A DNA stretch of 63,998 bases, filler included, from Folioceros fuciformis (lineage: Eukaryota): assembly GCA_049999805.1 (NCBI GenBank). It is 4 parts of 4 records of this genome, joined end to end, with 100 filler letters (N's around TTAATTAATTAA, not from the genome) between each part and the next. Parts side by side here need not be neighbours in the genome. Positions count along the whole stretch, not along the records: positions 29,007 to 44,093 come from JBNGIO010004592.1; positions 44,194 to 62,817 come from JBNGIO010004595.1; 2 more parts are not named here. The stretch is one strand, 5' to 3'. The number at the start of each line of letters is the position of its first letter. Position 1 is the stretch's first letter. Positions 38,817-51,383 of the stretch are shown here, one piece after another. A model generated the notes under the pieces. That model did no database searches, had not been told where the DNA came from, and saw only the letters and a program-made list of their open reading frames with translations. Both the position numbers and the translations under genes were made by a program.

Positions 38817-39177
38817 GAGTGTGCTCAGCCACCTTCCCAATCATTGAAGCTCCAACAGCACGTCTCCTATCCAGAGCCCACCTAGGTCTTCAGATTATAT
38901 TCTAAGGGTGCACCGGACTATGCCACTGGTACTATCCAGCTGTGTTTTTTAAGGAGAATGACCTACACGCAGTAACCGGACAAGTGAAACCAGGTGAAAT
39001 GTGAAAAGGGAGGAAACCTAATGTTGTAGCTGCCCGGCTCAAAGATGAATGTGTTGCATGCATCGCGTACTTCATTAGAGTCTATGGGAGGCCCTTTACC
39101 CTACGTAGGCTCGGAAAACGACTCTAATTTAACACTAAAATGTGGACCACAAGTTGGGATTTAAGGTTTCTATATAA

Positions 39178-40602
39178 ATATTTTTCATGATTGAAAAAGA
39201 GATGGAAAGTCTCGTTTACTCTAAAGATTGGAGGAATAATTTCATTAGGGCTAAAGGCAAAAACAAGTACTCTCCCCTATTAATATCATTTTCAAAAACT
39301 ATTTATTACTCCTAAAATGTCATAATGTGGAATAACAAAAGACCTACCTACCACCGCCGGTGCCGAAGAAGTCGCTTGACCTGCGTTTGTTGCTGTTCTA
39401 AAAACTACATTGGCCAATGCTCGTTGCAAAGCAATGGATACACGTTGTCGAAAGAAGGCCACCACAGAGGAAAGAGGGAGAACACCATCCCTCTTACTCT
39501 GATAAACCTTGGCACACTCCTTAATAAACCTTGAAAAGTCCTTGCCCATAGCTCCATAAGTCTCAAGAGCAAGGGGGATGAAAGTATGCCCGTCTTGCAA
39601 GGGAGAATACTTAGGGACTTTGGCACTTGCACAACCCTCTACTGCCCAACTTAGGGGGGTTGATAATGAAGTGCTCACAAATCGAATCCATAGTGGGATC
39701 CGTAACAACCACATCAGCAACACAAACCTATTCCCCCCTAGTGAAGAAAAGGTCGGTTCTAAGTGAAATCCCATTTGCGCAAAGTATATGGACACTCCCT
39801 ATACGGAAGAAACCCACACTCCCTAGCCATTGAGAACATGACATCTCGAACTGCATCATAAGTGGCAATATGGTGCCCCCCAACGGGACAACGTGCCAAA
39901 TGGGACCCTGTATCGACAATGGCAACCCCACAACTGCATGTAGAGAGAGAAAAAGCCAAGGGGTGGGCCAAACCTAAGCGAAATCTCATCGCGGTGGCGA
40001 AAGTTGCTGGTGCGATTGGAAAAGCCTAGATGCAAGGTCAAGCTAAAACCCAAGAGCCCACTCCTTTACCTAAACAAGATTGAATATGAGCTCAAAAAGA
40101 CCTAGGGATGGATGAGTCTGAAAGAAGGGCTCTTAGTGCTTGGCCATATTGCTTTTCTAGGAGGGAGGCTTGGAGACCCTTCAACCCTTCCCTAGAAAAG
40201 GAGGTGAAAGGAGGCAGAGCCTCACGAGCCTCCAAAGGTAGAGAATCTCTCACTTGCCTAAAAGATACCTGTAAAGGGAAAATGCCCTCCTCAACTCGTG
40301 AAATAAAACTTTCAAGAACAGGGGAATCTTGTAGCAAAAAAAGAGAGGTCAAAATTGGAGCTGAGAGGGCCTAGCTGCCGAGAAAGGCAATTGGGGCAAA
40401 GGCCTCAATGGCCTAAAGACCAACCCCTCCAAAGGCGACTGGCAAAGAAGCTTGCTTCCAAGCCAAATCACCGACAACACACTCGAAGGTGCCNNNNNNN
40501 NNNNNNNNNNNNNNNNNNNNNNNNNNNNNNNNNNNNNNNNNNNNNNNNNNNNNNNNNNNNNNNNNNNNNNNNNNNNNNNNNNNNNNNNNNNNNGCGATTT
40601 TT
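39178..40602 (-). mobile_element. CRE-like non-LTR retrotransposon (C-terminal zinc knuckle + restriction-like endonuclease); central part hidden by a gap
   Basis: RFRLGL..CSCG..HLARC..GGHHIATYDAVRD, RTDL..ADVVVTDP, AKVPKY, FIPLALETYGAMG and FFRQRVSIALQR. Frameshifted. Candidate TSD AGGTTTCTATATAA at 39164-39177 and 40603-40616. Confidence 0.8.
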
Positions 40603-40939
40603 AGGTTTCTATATAACTATAGCTATATAATTATATATATAACGTATATATATTTATATATATATATACGTTCTTCCTCTTTGGTGCCCCCTTTGTCATG
40701 GGCACACGTAACCTTCATATTAGGGGGGGTATCATTTTGACCCACTATTGTTTCATACCTGAAAACGGCCTAGCTTTGCTACTCTTGGGCCTAGCTTTGT
40801 TACTCTTGGCTTGGAGTGAACAATTGGATTGGGCATTTCACCAAACTCTGGTCTTCAAATCTTTTTTCCACTTGCTAAGTCTAGGACCAAGCTTTGTATG
40901 CAATCAAAATAACACCTCTTCATACTCCTTCTTCAAAGT

Positions 40940-43150
40940 TGTAGTAATGGTAGACAACTCGGTTTGATCACCTCCTCACATTATTCAAGGCACATTTCCA
41001 ACGGTTGTGCCTATTTCACCATCTCCCACAACGGCTTCATTAACGGTTTTGTGACGACGTTCACTTAGTTTATCGGTATCAACTTCCATTAGAGCGACTA
41101 GTGCTAGATCCCAAATACAAGGCTACTTGGGCTTCGTTCCTTTTTCTTTGTAGATGTGTCTTCAATGCTCAAGGGGTAGTGTGTGGGTCACCATAAGGTG
41201 GCTTCTTACCTCTTTTATTTCTGAGTTAAAGACTAGCAAGTCCTTTAGAAAGGGTCTAACTGCACTCCTAAGTCTTGGTTGGATTTTGCCAAAATAAACG
41301 AAGTCCATCCAAACTTGTTAAGCATGATCGCATAAATAATTAATAATTAAGTTATTTAGTTAATATCATATCATTATGATTTCAAACCTATCAAGCAAAT
41401 TGCATAAATAATTAATAATTAAGTTAGGCTAAAAATGATAAATAATAATTAATAAAAATATTTAATTAATATCGTATCATTATGATATGATTTGAACAAT
41501 TTTGAAGTTGAATAGCAATACTTCGAACGATGACCCATAAGAAAGCCTCTTCCAGCAATGAGACCTAAAGAGAGTAGCCTTCTTCATAACTAGCAATATG
41601 TTAGCACTTAAACTTAAGAAACTTGAAGGAAACTTCCCTCTTACAATTGCAAGAACTAAAAGAAATAGTTGACATGATGTACCGCCAAACATTGCACTCA
41701 TATATGGTTCATTAGTTAACAATACTCACACCACGCCACATTACACACATATTAACCACTACATAATAGAGTTGTAAGCTTGTAAGAGTGAAACGTTTGC
41801 TTCCTTCAGACGCCACAAAATCTCCTCGACCTGCATCCACACTTCTCAGAGCTATAACTTGGGTTCTCAAATCCTCAATCGGATCACATGATCTTGCACA
41901 CTGCACACACGCACACCTCAACTGGATTTTTAACAAGAGAATGCTTCCTTAAGAGAAAGCCTATTCCATCGAAAACAAGAGAATACGAGCTTACACCTGT
42001 AGTGGACACCGTTGAGTTAAGCTTTTATGCCTACTACTTGAGACCCAGTGCAGCCACATCCACACATCTAGTTATGTGTCTATTTAGTTGACTTTTATTT
42101 TATTTTATTTTCTAATAATCTTCACTAAATAGTTATTAATTACCAATAATATCATTTATGAATATCACTTAATTATTAACTAATTACTATTTGCATGCAT
42201 CTAAAACGATAGCACACAATCATGCTTGACAACTTTGTGTAGTGCCGCTAAACATCGTACTCATGCATGGTTCATTAGTTAACAATACTAGCACCACGCC
42301 ACATTGCACACACATTAAACATTGCATGATGGTACTACAGCTCTATCCCCCTACTGGTTAGTACTTTGCCAGCACATATATGCTACATCACTACTACAAC
42401 ATACTAAGAATTTAAATATACATATAACTCTTGAACACAACATCAATCATCCATCAACTTGTGTCACCTATTAATTAATGAAGATTAGGTTGCTGGCTCA
42501 TGCCTTTGGCAACTTCGCACAATTTAGGCAAAACCAATCTTCTTGCAGTACTCTTCTTCCAAGGCTAGTTGTAGACAAAACAAATTATACCCTTGATTGC
42601 GACGGTCGCATAAGAGCATGACATCTTCTTCATCAATGCGACCACAAATGCGGCATTCTAAGACCTTAGGTGGTATCCAAGTGCTAGGTCATAGCTATGG
42701 ATCCAGATCTGGCAAATGATAAGGAGCTAGGTTCTTCAAATGATCTTGCTACCTTTGTCCATCAGATCCACCATCCTAGTGTCCATAACAACAACCACTT
42801 GCAAGATTGTGCGTCCAACACTATTATCAAGTGTATCTAAGGTTGCTAAGCCAAGTATACGTAATCAATAGGTTCGAATTGACGCATTTTGGGCTTCCAA
42901 CTTTCTCCTTCTGTATGATCATAGTGCATTCTATCCCTATATTGTGCAATTGGCTATATGTTCTATAACTATCCATCTTGGGTGTGTTTGGTAACGCTGA
43001 GACTTCTTCTTCAACGTTAAATACTCGAGCCATAGAAGGCGATCTAAAGGACTAAGCCTCGGCCGTACAACTTTTCATCTTCTCTATTGCATGCTCAAAA
43101 CTTCTTACGTAATAACCTGCATTAGAAGATGACGACTTGCTTCGAAATTC
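40940..43150 (-). mobile_element. Second Ty3/gypsy remnant with integrase C-terminus + PHD finger and 3' LTR
   Basis: Minus strand DHLKNLAPYHLPDLDP...CRICGRIDEEDVMLLCDRRNQGYNLFCL...WFCLNC (~42519-42745, stops and frameshift). PPT-like AGGGGGATAGAG at ~42341-42352. Putative LTR 40940-42339 with ends TGTAGTA...TACTACA. Confidence 0.65.
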
Positions 43151-43518
43151 CTACACATCTATAAACTTAGAGAGACTGAACATCCTTGTCCTTAGCTCAG
43201 TTAGCTCTCCCTTGAGATCAAGATGTTGGATTCCAAGAGATTATAGTTGTTTATCTAGGTCGTCAATTTTATGAGTTTATATGTCTTGGTCTTGTAGACA
43301 ATAAGAATTAGAAGTGTTAGCACCATCTCTTAAATTCGGGATATGTTGGATTGCTAGCTCTAATGCTTTGACGTGAATTGAGCTAAGAACTTCTAGCAAA
43401 TCACGTCTAGCTAGCTTAATCAACTTCCCTTGATTTGGATTAGAAATCAGAATAGATGCAATGAAGTTAGCTATGTAGGAAGAGGTTTCATCACTCTCTC
43501 CTACTATGATGTGTGAAC

Positions 43519-43914
43519 TGTTGAGATGTCACCCCCGCCATGCTCAAAGGAGGTTAAAACAAGTTAGTTGAAGCAAGATGCAGAATCCCAAAACTAAGAG
43601 CACTATAACAAGGCTCTTAAACTCAAATAAAAAAGGAGAATTACAAAAACAACACAATACAAGTGAAGAGGGAGTTAGACTGCCTATACTAAGTGGGTTC
43701 ATCCCTTCTTTTATGGACCTATGGGTGGCACTCTCATTTCGTGCCCAATATGGGATAAATGACCCTACAATACTTCTTTTGCCTAACGTAGCAAAGTCTA
43801 ATAAGCTATATATATATATATTAATCATAACCTTAATCACTCTTACCACTAATTAGTACAAACTCAATAAGCTGGATTAGTGCTAATTAATATCAACATT
43901 AATCATGCTTAACA
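43519..43914 (-). mobile_element. Solo LTR of the ~395-bp family, without matching TSD
   Basis: Reverse complement of 63179-63572 with TG...CA ends. Flanks TGAAC and ATGAG differ. Confidence 0.85.
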
Positions 43915-44093
43915 ATGAGAGCATCTACATTTTTGAGGTCTCCCAAAGTAAGGTAATCTTAGCCATATATGTGGATGATCTTATCTTGTTGAGTCCATCT
44001 TTAAGCAGTATTGATAAAGTGAAGGAGATGTTGTCAAAGAAGTTTGAAATGAAGGACTTAGGGAACATCAACTATTGTCTTGGAATTGAAGTG
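43915..44093 (+). mobile_element. Copia reverse transcriptase fragment
   Basis: ILAIYVDDLIL...KKFEMKDLGNINYCLGIEV, truncated by a gap. Confidence 0.85.
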
Positions 44094-45597
44094 NNNNNNN
44101 NNNNNNNNNNNNNNNNNNNNNNNNNNNNNNNNNNNNNTTAATTAATTAANNNNNNNNNNNNNNNNNNNNNNNNNNNNNNNNNNNNNNNNNNNNAGAGGAA
44201 GGGTGTATGCTAAATGCAATGCAGGAGGCCTTAAAGCACATGCTGCAACTGATAAGGCGAGAATCCTGCCAAGATGAATACTTGCTGTACAATTGACAAG
44301 GTTTGAGCCCTATTAATCTTCAAGTTGGTCACACAATTGACAAAGTTTGAACACAGCTAACACTTATCGTACAATGGACAAGGTCTGAAGCTTGTTACTA
44401 TGGTTCATGCCAAAAGAATGCGGTCCAAAACATTGAGGGTAGAATAATGCAAGCTAGAACAATTCCATCCAGAATGTGGTAAATGTTTCTGTGCAACTAG
44501 CTTGATCTCATCTGTTCCCAATCCTGCCTATTCGCTCTTGCTCCTTAGCACTTGCTCTCTCGCCCCATCCACTGTGCTCCTCTCCTCCTAAACCTAGCCC
44601 ACTACTGCTCAACCTCCAACCTCCATGCAAATCGCTCACACCCCATCCTGGTCATCCACCTTACCCTCGCTTGCACCTAGTGTTGTAGAGCCCTCCTCAT
44701 TGGTAATCCCTCCCTTCCAAGCAACCTCTCCCCTTTCCCCCTCGTTGTGAGAGCCCTCGCCCCTTCTTGCTATGAGCTCCACCCGAGCTGCAAATTTGAT
44801 GCCTTGCATGCGCACCCCCTTCCTCCCTATTGGTAATCCACTACAAAATATCTTGCTGCTGATTGCCACTCCCCAGCTTGTTGCTTTGTATCCTCGTTGT
44901 TGTTCACCTAGCTCTAGACAATGGCTATTGTATGTTGTTCATTTGGTTGCAGGCAATGATCATTGTATATTCGTCTTTTGCTAGTGATGAGTGTTCAAGT
45001 TAAATTGAACTTGCTTGCGGTAGAGGTTTTGCCATAGGCAAAATACAAGTACAATTGGAAGACAGGTGAGGGCACATATAGAGAAAGAGGGCAAGGCATG
45101 GCATGCCACGTTGAGGTAGAAGGTCCACACTTACCCTCCTATGTAAGAGGGTTGAGGTTTTATCCTTTGTTTTTAAAGGCATTGTCTTTTAATCCCTTGC
45201 ACTTAAGGCCCACTTATCTTGGATCATAACTTAGATTAATCTTTTGTTTTATTATAATACTTTATTTCATAACCATTTATTTAACTTAAAAATTTGACTC
45301 TCCTTCTATTATTGAGTAATGATGAACTAGTTTTCTTCAGTATGTTGTAGTTTATCCTGTGCTGATGCCCCCATCACTTCCTGACCATTGCCCTAGTCCA
45401 CGGGCATCAGTTTCCCGACGACCTCAGTTTCCTGGCAGCGAAATTATCCCGAAATTTACTTGTGTCAATACTGTCATGTACATTTATTTGTTGTTTCACA
45501 AGGCAAAGCATCAAACCGCGTGTTTCACTCACCTAAGTTACACAAAAATCCAGTATACAACGAAATATGACGGTGGTGGACTGACATGCACAACAAG

Positions 45598-48500
45598 TCA
45601 CGGAGCGGCGACGTTCTCTTTCGCTTTCGGTGCGATCTCTTCCCCCTCCGTTCCTGCTCCACTACCTTCAACCTGGAGTCCAAGTAACACTTCCTCCCAC
45701 CGTCTTGCAGGTCCCTATTTCAGACGAAATACCAACAGTCAATACGTTGACTCAACGTCGTTCACTACGCGTGACATCGAACCGACCACTGGTTACCTTC
45801 CATGATAAGTCCTGTGCCATCCCAGCTTTGACCAGCTTGGAAAACTCAGGGGTACCGTAAGTCTTGGCCGCTCTCTTGACTGTGCTGGCAAGCGCTTTCA
45901 CATCAGCCGGGTCGACTGCTTCACACTGAGAACAAGTCCACCAGTCATGAGTTTTAGTTGAATAGCCACAACCTTGAAATAAGCCAGAAATCTAGAAGCT
46001 CACATCGACATTGAAGGCTCCGATGTGAAACCCCGTCACTCCTTCCTCGACGGTATCCACCAATCCCCCCGTGGAGGCCACGATTGGTACCTGTGTTAAT
46101 AATGAGAAAGCCCTTCGTTACGAACCACAACACAGGACCTACAACACCATCACATTCTGCTCTCTGAAAGCGAGAGGGTATACTACTTACAGTTCCATAT
46201 CGCATGGCATGAAGCTGAATTAGGCCACATGGCTCAAATCTGCTGGGAACTAGCATGAAATCGGCTCCCGCTGTTATCAGATGTGCTAAGGCCACATTGA
46301 ACTTCACTATGCCACGAGCTTTATTAGGATACGACTTCTCGAGCTCCTCCAATTGCTTCTCCAGATTCTTTTTACCTGTACCCTGGATCGAAGGAAGACA
46401 TCCGCGCCAGGCAGGAATGAGAATGTAGCAGGACACAACTTCAAATCGGATGTCTGTGGTCCATTTAAGAAAAAGAAAACGGTTCCGTGCTCACCAGAAC
46501 CACAAGCTGTATGTCCTCTTCCAAAAACTCGGCGACAGCCTCATTCAGAATGTCAGATCCCTTTTGCTCCTCTAACCTGCCAATGAAGCCAATTAGCGGT
46601 TTACTTGAGTCCACCGGTAAACCGACTTCGGCTTGAAGCAGCTCCTTAAGGATTGGTTTGGCCTCCAAAACCTGCAAGCGTATGCGCAATCAGGTTTTTT
46701 GAAAGATGGGCCCATTTCAATAGGATCAACGCACCAGTGCATATCCTTCTTACCGTCTTATCGTTATACGGCAGGTCAATATACTTGTCCTCCGACGGGT
46801 CCCATTCTTGGACATCCATCCCGTTGACAATACCACGGATTCCAACTTTTCGAATGATGCTATCCAACTCTACACCTTTGTCCGGTCCACTTCCTAACTC
46901 CTTAGCATAGTTTGGACTAACGGTGAGGCAAATGTCAGCTTCAAGAAATCCAGCTTTCATCCAATTGATCTTGGGTCCTGCCACTGGCTTCAAGTATCTG
47001 CGGCACACATTTGTGTCATGCGCTTCCGAACCAACCTTCTTCACCTAGTACGAACCTTCCAAAAGCTCATATACATACATTGCTAGGCAAGGCTTACCCA
47101 TCATAAAAGTCAAAGGAACTTTTGAATTCATCCGGTAGGTTCAGAAGGTTGAAATCGGTTAAAGCAAACCTGCCTTGGTACGCAACATTGTGCACACAGA
47201 ATGCCACCTGCAGAGAAGGAACCCAACCAGCATTCAACACTTGGTCAAGGTAGAAAACAAGGACGAATTTGCACAACCCACGTTGTTACCTTCGCATTCT
47301 TGAACGCTCCTTGGGGTTTGTAAATAGATTTGAGGTAGCAAGGCACAAGAGCAGTGTGCCAGTCGTTCGCGACGAACACAACATTCTCTCCTGTGGGCAA
47401 AAGAGTAGCAAGTGTAAATACAAACGCAGCCGGACTATTAAAGACGAATGGATCATACCTTACTCAAGCTTACCGTATGGACCACTGAAGTACTCATTGC
47501 TGTTAAGGATGAGAACTCGGGCGGCCTCTATTGCTGCCTGCTCCAAAAGCAGCAAGCTTAGAAGCAACCATTGCTGGGCTCTCGAGCTTGGAAAGTGCAT
47601 CAAAGAAGCCAAAACGCCGCGAGCGGTACCTGGGCAAATAAGCTGAAACGCAGCTGATTATCGGTATAGTCTTCCCCTGTGAACGGACCATAAATCTTGC
47701 TTCCCGTCTTTCCCCAAACCTGCAGCCATGTAGAAGTCGATAGTAGCATGTGTGCCCTAGCAGATGCCATAAACCATGCAAGTCATCATATCCACAGTCT
47801 CAACTGGCGAACTAGTACCTTAGCGAGAAAGAGTGGATGGTCGACAAACACGCGATCGACCCCACGTTTAAAAGTGTGGAAAAAGCGAACAGTCTCAATC
47901 CGGTCTCCAACCTTTACCTGTAGACGAACGAACACAAAAGTCGTTTCAATCATTCCAGCAAAGGCATACACACAACTACGTCAGAGCAGTGTGTCTTCAA
48001 AACAAAAATTACCTCGACTGTTGTAGACGTGTCCCAGGCATCCTTGTATTGGTCATACCGAGGGGAAATGGTCATAACCCTGTGTCCACGGGCCTGGGTT
48101 GATCAAGAGGACAGATTTAAGAAACAATCCACAGAAAATCGTCGGTCTATGAAACCACGACAGTTCCAACAGCACGAAGGTACTACCTCCCTACGCACGT
48201 TCATACACGTAGGCAGTAACCAAATCGAGGCTCCAACACTCAACGAACAGAGCAGGGCCTGGCAAGCCAAGAAGGAGAGACAACTTACGGCGAGAGCAGG
48301 CGGAAGGCCTCCCATCACGTCTCCTAATCCTCCAGTCTTACTCCAGGGCGCCACCTCTGCAGAGATAAACACGATATTCATGCTTCCCGCGGCGCAGGTG
48401 GTGACTCCTCTGAATCCCGCCCCATTGCCTTCCAACGCCTTGGACACCTGACTCCGGAACCTTGCCTGGAAGGACTCCTCCCGCTGGCCAAGGCGGCATC

Positions 48501-48660
48501 CTCCAACCGCTCTCAATCCTCTAGAAGAGTACAGACGCTGCCGAGTCCCACCCGGCAGCGCAGGCGACGATCGAGAGGAGGAAGAAGAGGACCCAGTGTC
48601 CACCGGAAAGGACGTGTCACATCTGCAGAAGGCAGCGCGGGGAGCAATCGCCATTGCCAT
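45598..48660 (-). CDS. GBSS: Granule-bound starch synthase (Waxy), plastid, multi-exon
   Basis: Transit peptide then [93 protein letters not shown] and [19 protein letters not shown]. Ends [11 protein letters not shown]. Confidence 0.96.
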
Positions 48661-49588
48661 TTCCCCCAGCACACCAGACCCTCTCCCGATCCCTCGCTGC
48701 TAGCTTCACTCAACCATTAGCTCCTAGACAGCGTAGTCGGCCCCCTGCATACCCGTCAAACCAGCGGCATTTTCATCAAACAACACGACGAGCAGCAGTC
48801 GGGGCGACGCACATAGACACACGCAGTTCCTTAGAACAATGCCACAAGGACACAAACAGAAACAATGCTGCATTGCTTTCCAGCGGCAGAAAGCACCTCC
48901 TCCGCTTCCGCAACCTCGCGCAGCAACCATACCGAATGAAGGAGGAGTTGCACTTCAATGCATGACCAACTGACACCAGAAGAGAAGCGAAATTGCAAGC
49001 AAGCCAGAGAAGGACGCACACTGCACACCGCACGCCGCCACGGCACCGCACGCAAATGGCAGCGGAAGGAGTCCTTACCGCGCTGCTCAGCTCTCCAATG
49101 CACACAAGAGAGTGCGACAAAGACAGAGCGCCTGTGACTGCAGCAATGCGCACCACTGCCTTCTGTCTTCTCCCCTCCTCCTCGCGTGTGCGGGGCGAGA
49201 AGTAGTGCATGCCACAGCGCAGTGAAAGCGGACTGGCCCGGCAGAGGCCGTGCGCGTCCAGCGGAGCTTGGCCACACCAACCCGTGGCGCGGGGAATGTG
49301 AAATATCCGATCGAGCGTGCTGTAGTCCATGTCGAGCCAGACAGCACCGGCGGGCACCGGTCACCCGGTTAGCGACCGGCGAACCTGGGCCTCTCCTTGG
49401 CGGGCGGACGCACTCCACCTCTAACTTCTTGTGTTCCACAGGCCATCGTACTCACAGCTACAGGGAAGCGTGGAAGAAGGGAATGTGCGGTGAAATATAC
49501 TCTCCTGTCATTTATGTACATCTATGATATGTTCCACAGACCGGACCCATACTACGGTGCCCCGGTCGGGTGACGGGTGGCCACGGGA

Positions 49589-50647
49589 TCAGGCCAGCCC
49601 CGTGCGAAGGAATTGTGCTAACTCTGTCACTACTCCCTCGAAGCTCTGAAACCGAGTCCCGACGAAATCCACCTGCAAGCCGTAATCGGCGGCTCCGCGG
49701 GCCGTGACTGGCCCGTGCGCGGCCAGCACGCAACCGGAGGACTTGGCCATGGCGGAGAGCTCGGCCGGGGAGACGTCGAGGCTCTTGAGCAGGCCTTCGA
49801 CTTCTGCGGTGCTGGTGAACATGAGCGCGTCGCAGGAGAGGCGAGGTCCGGTGACGAGGATGACGCGGGCGGGCTCGGGGCCGGCCCAGGAGGTGAGGTA
49901 GGCGTGGACGCGGCGGGGCTGCCACCCAGCCTGGGAGAGGGAGCGGAGGAAGGCGGGTATGACTTGGGGTTCCTTGAGGGACGAGAGGAGGGGTACGGGG
50001 CACAGGATGCGGCGCTTCATGCCGGCGCCGAGGGCCTGGACGAGAGAGGACGGAGTGGCCGAGGGGGGATGGATGTACACTGGCCTAGGGTTTCCGGGGA
50101 AGAGGTCGAGCTGGCGGAGGAGTTCCATGTCGCTGCCCAGGGCGGCGAGGAAGAAGGGAGGGCCTGTCCGAGGGAGGGGAGACGGCAGCCCTGCCAGGGC
50201 GGAAGCCACGGCTTGGATGCCGGCTCTGGATGTGAAGGCGATGCCGTAGTACTGCTCGATGATGCTGTTGCCGCTGCTGCTGCTCCAGATGCTGTGGATG
50301 AGCTCCTGCCGTGTCTCGGAATTGGTGGTGGTGACGATTGTCGGACACCAGATCGGCGTCGCTCCCGCTGCGGCAAGGTGGTGCTGGAGGCGGACAGCGT
50401 ATTCCTTCGGAGTAGTGAAGGCCACTACGCGTCCGGATAACGGGAGCGATGCACTGATTGTTGGTGAACCATGTTCCTGTGCTGCCGCCGCAGCCTGGGA
50501 AGCACGCCTAAATGTCAGATGATGAAGTGGTTGCGGCAAGAGACTGCAGATGTGCCAGGACCTCCCGCGCCTCGGCTGGAGGAGCGTAACGAAGTCCTCC
50601 GTCGGAACCGAGGAGATTCCGAGCCGCTGTAGATGAGGTCCCGCCAT
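49589..50647 (-). CDS. Uroporphyrinogen-III synthase (HemD/HEM4)-like protein, single exon, likely plastid-targeted
   Basis: 352-aa GC-rich ORF with LSGRVVAFTTPKEYA, PIWCPTI, IAFTSRAGI, ILCPVP..EP.VIP.F, RVHAY.T, DALMFTSTAEVEGL and AAHGPVTA. Confidence 0.75.
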   Translation of the reverse strand: MAGPHLQRLGISSVPTEDFVTLLQPRRGRSWHICSLLPQPLHHLTFRRASQAAAAAQEHGSPTISASLPLSGRVVAFTTPKEYAVRLQHHLAAAGATPIWCPTIVTTTNSETRQELIHSIWSSSSGNSIIEQYYGIAFTSRAGIQAVASALAGLPSPLPRTGPPFFLAALGSDMELLRQLDLFPGNPRPVYIHPPSATPSSLVQALGAGMKRRILCPVPLLSSLKEPQVIPAFLRSLSQAGWQPRRVHAYLTSWAGPEPARVILVTGPRLSCDALMFTSTAEVEGLLKSLDVSPAELSAMAKSSGCVLAAHGPVTARGAADYGLQVDFVGTRFQSFEGVVTELAQFLRTGLA

Positions 50648-51383
50648 GCCGATTTAGGCTGGATCTGGTTCCGACTTGGGAGGCTCAGGCCGCGGCTGCA
50701 GCTAAGTGCGGCGGGAGCCTCCTGGCGAAAGTCCTCGCTTTCGAAGCATGCTGGTTTCGAATCCTACTCGCGGGATGCACCTCTATCTGGGCCATGTGCA
50801 GATCTGGTCGGGCAGGGTCTCTGCAGCACAGGGTGTTGGAGAGCTTCATAACGTTTCGCCAGACAACATCGGGCGATCAACAGAGGCAAGCGGCAAGAAG
50901 CCAGAGAAGAAGTGCATGGAAATAGGGAAATCAACAACGAGTCTCACCCTGGGGCTCTCTTCAGAATCTCCAACCGGGCGTGAACCTGGAGCAGAGCATG
51001 TTCAAGACACGGCGGAGCTGCGGCAGGGAAAGCGCCACCACCGATACTTGACGGCACCAGACGATCGTGAGTGAGTAAGTGACACAGGCTAGTGCAGTCT
51101 CGAACGGCATCCTTCTCCGGCGTGCTTCTGGCGTGACAAGTGAGGACTGCGGCTGCTGTGTGATCTCGCACCCCTTTACTTTAGTTTCTGTCCGACGATC
51201 AGATTTGGTGCTATCCGTTTCCGCGAGGGATGTGTCCTGTTGCCTCCTATATTTGCCCTAACCCTCCGTCGGAGTTGGAAAGTCACTGTGACGGGCGATG
51301 ATTCGGAGCAACAAGCTAAAGGACCAACTGTATATCTCACGAGATATAGTAATGAGACTCCTCTTGGGAGCCGTCACGGTCAC

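Noticed and set aside
48724-49527. Several 100-200-aa ORFs upstream of GBSS
   Set aside because: GC-rich promoter/5' UTR sequence giving Cys/Arg-rich low-information translations with no motif.
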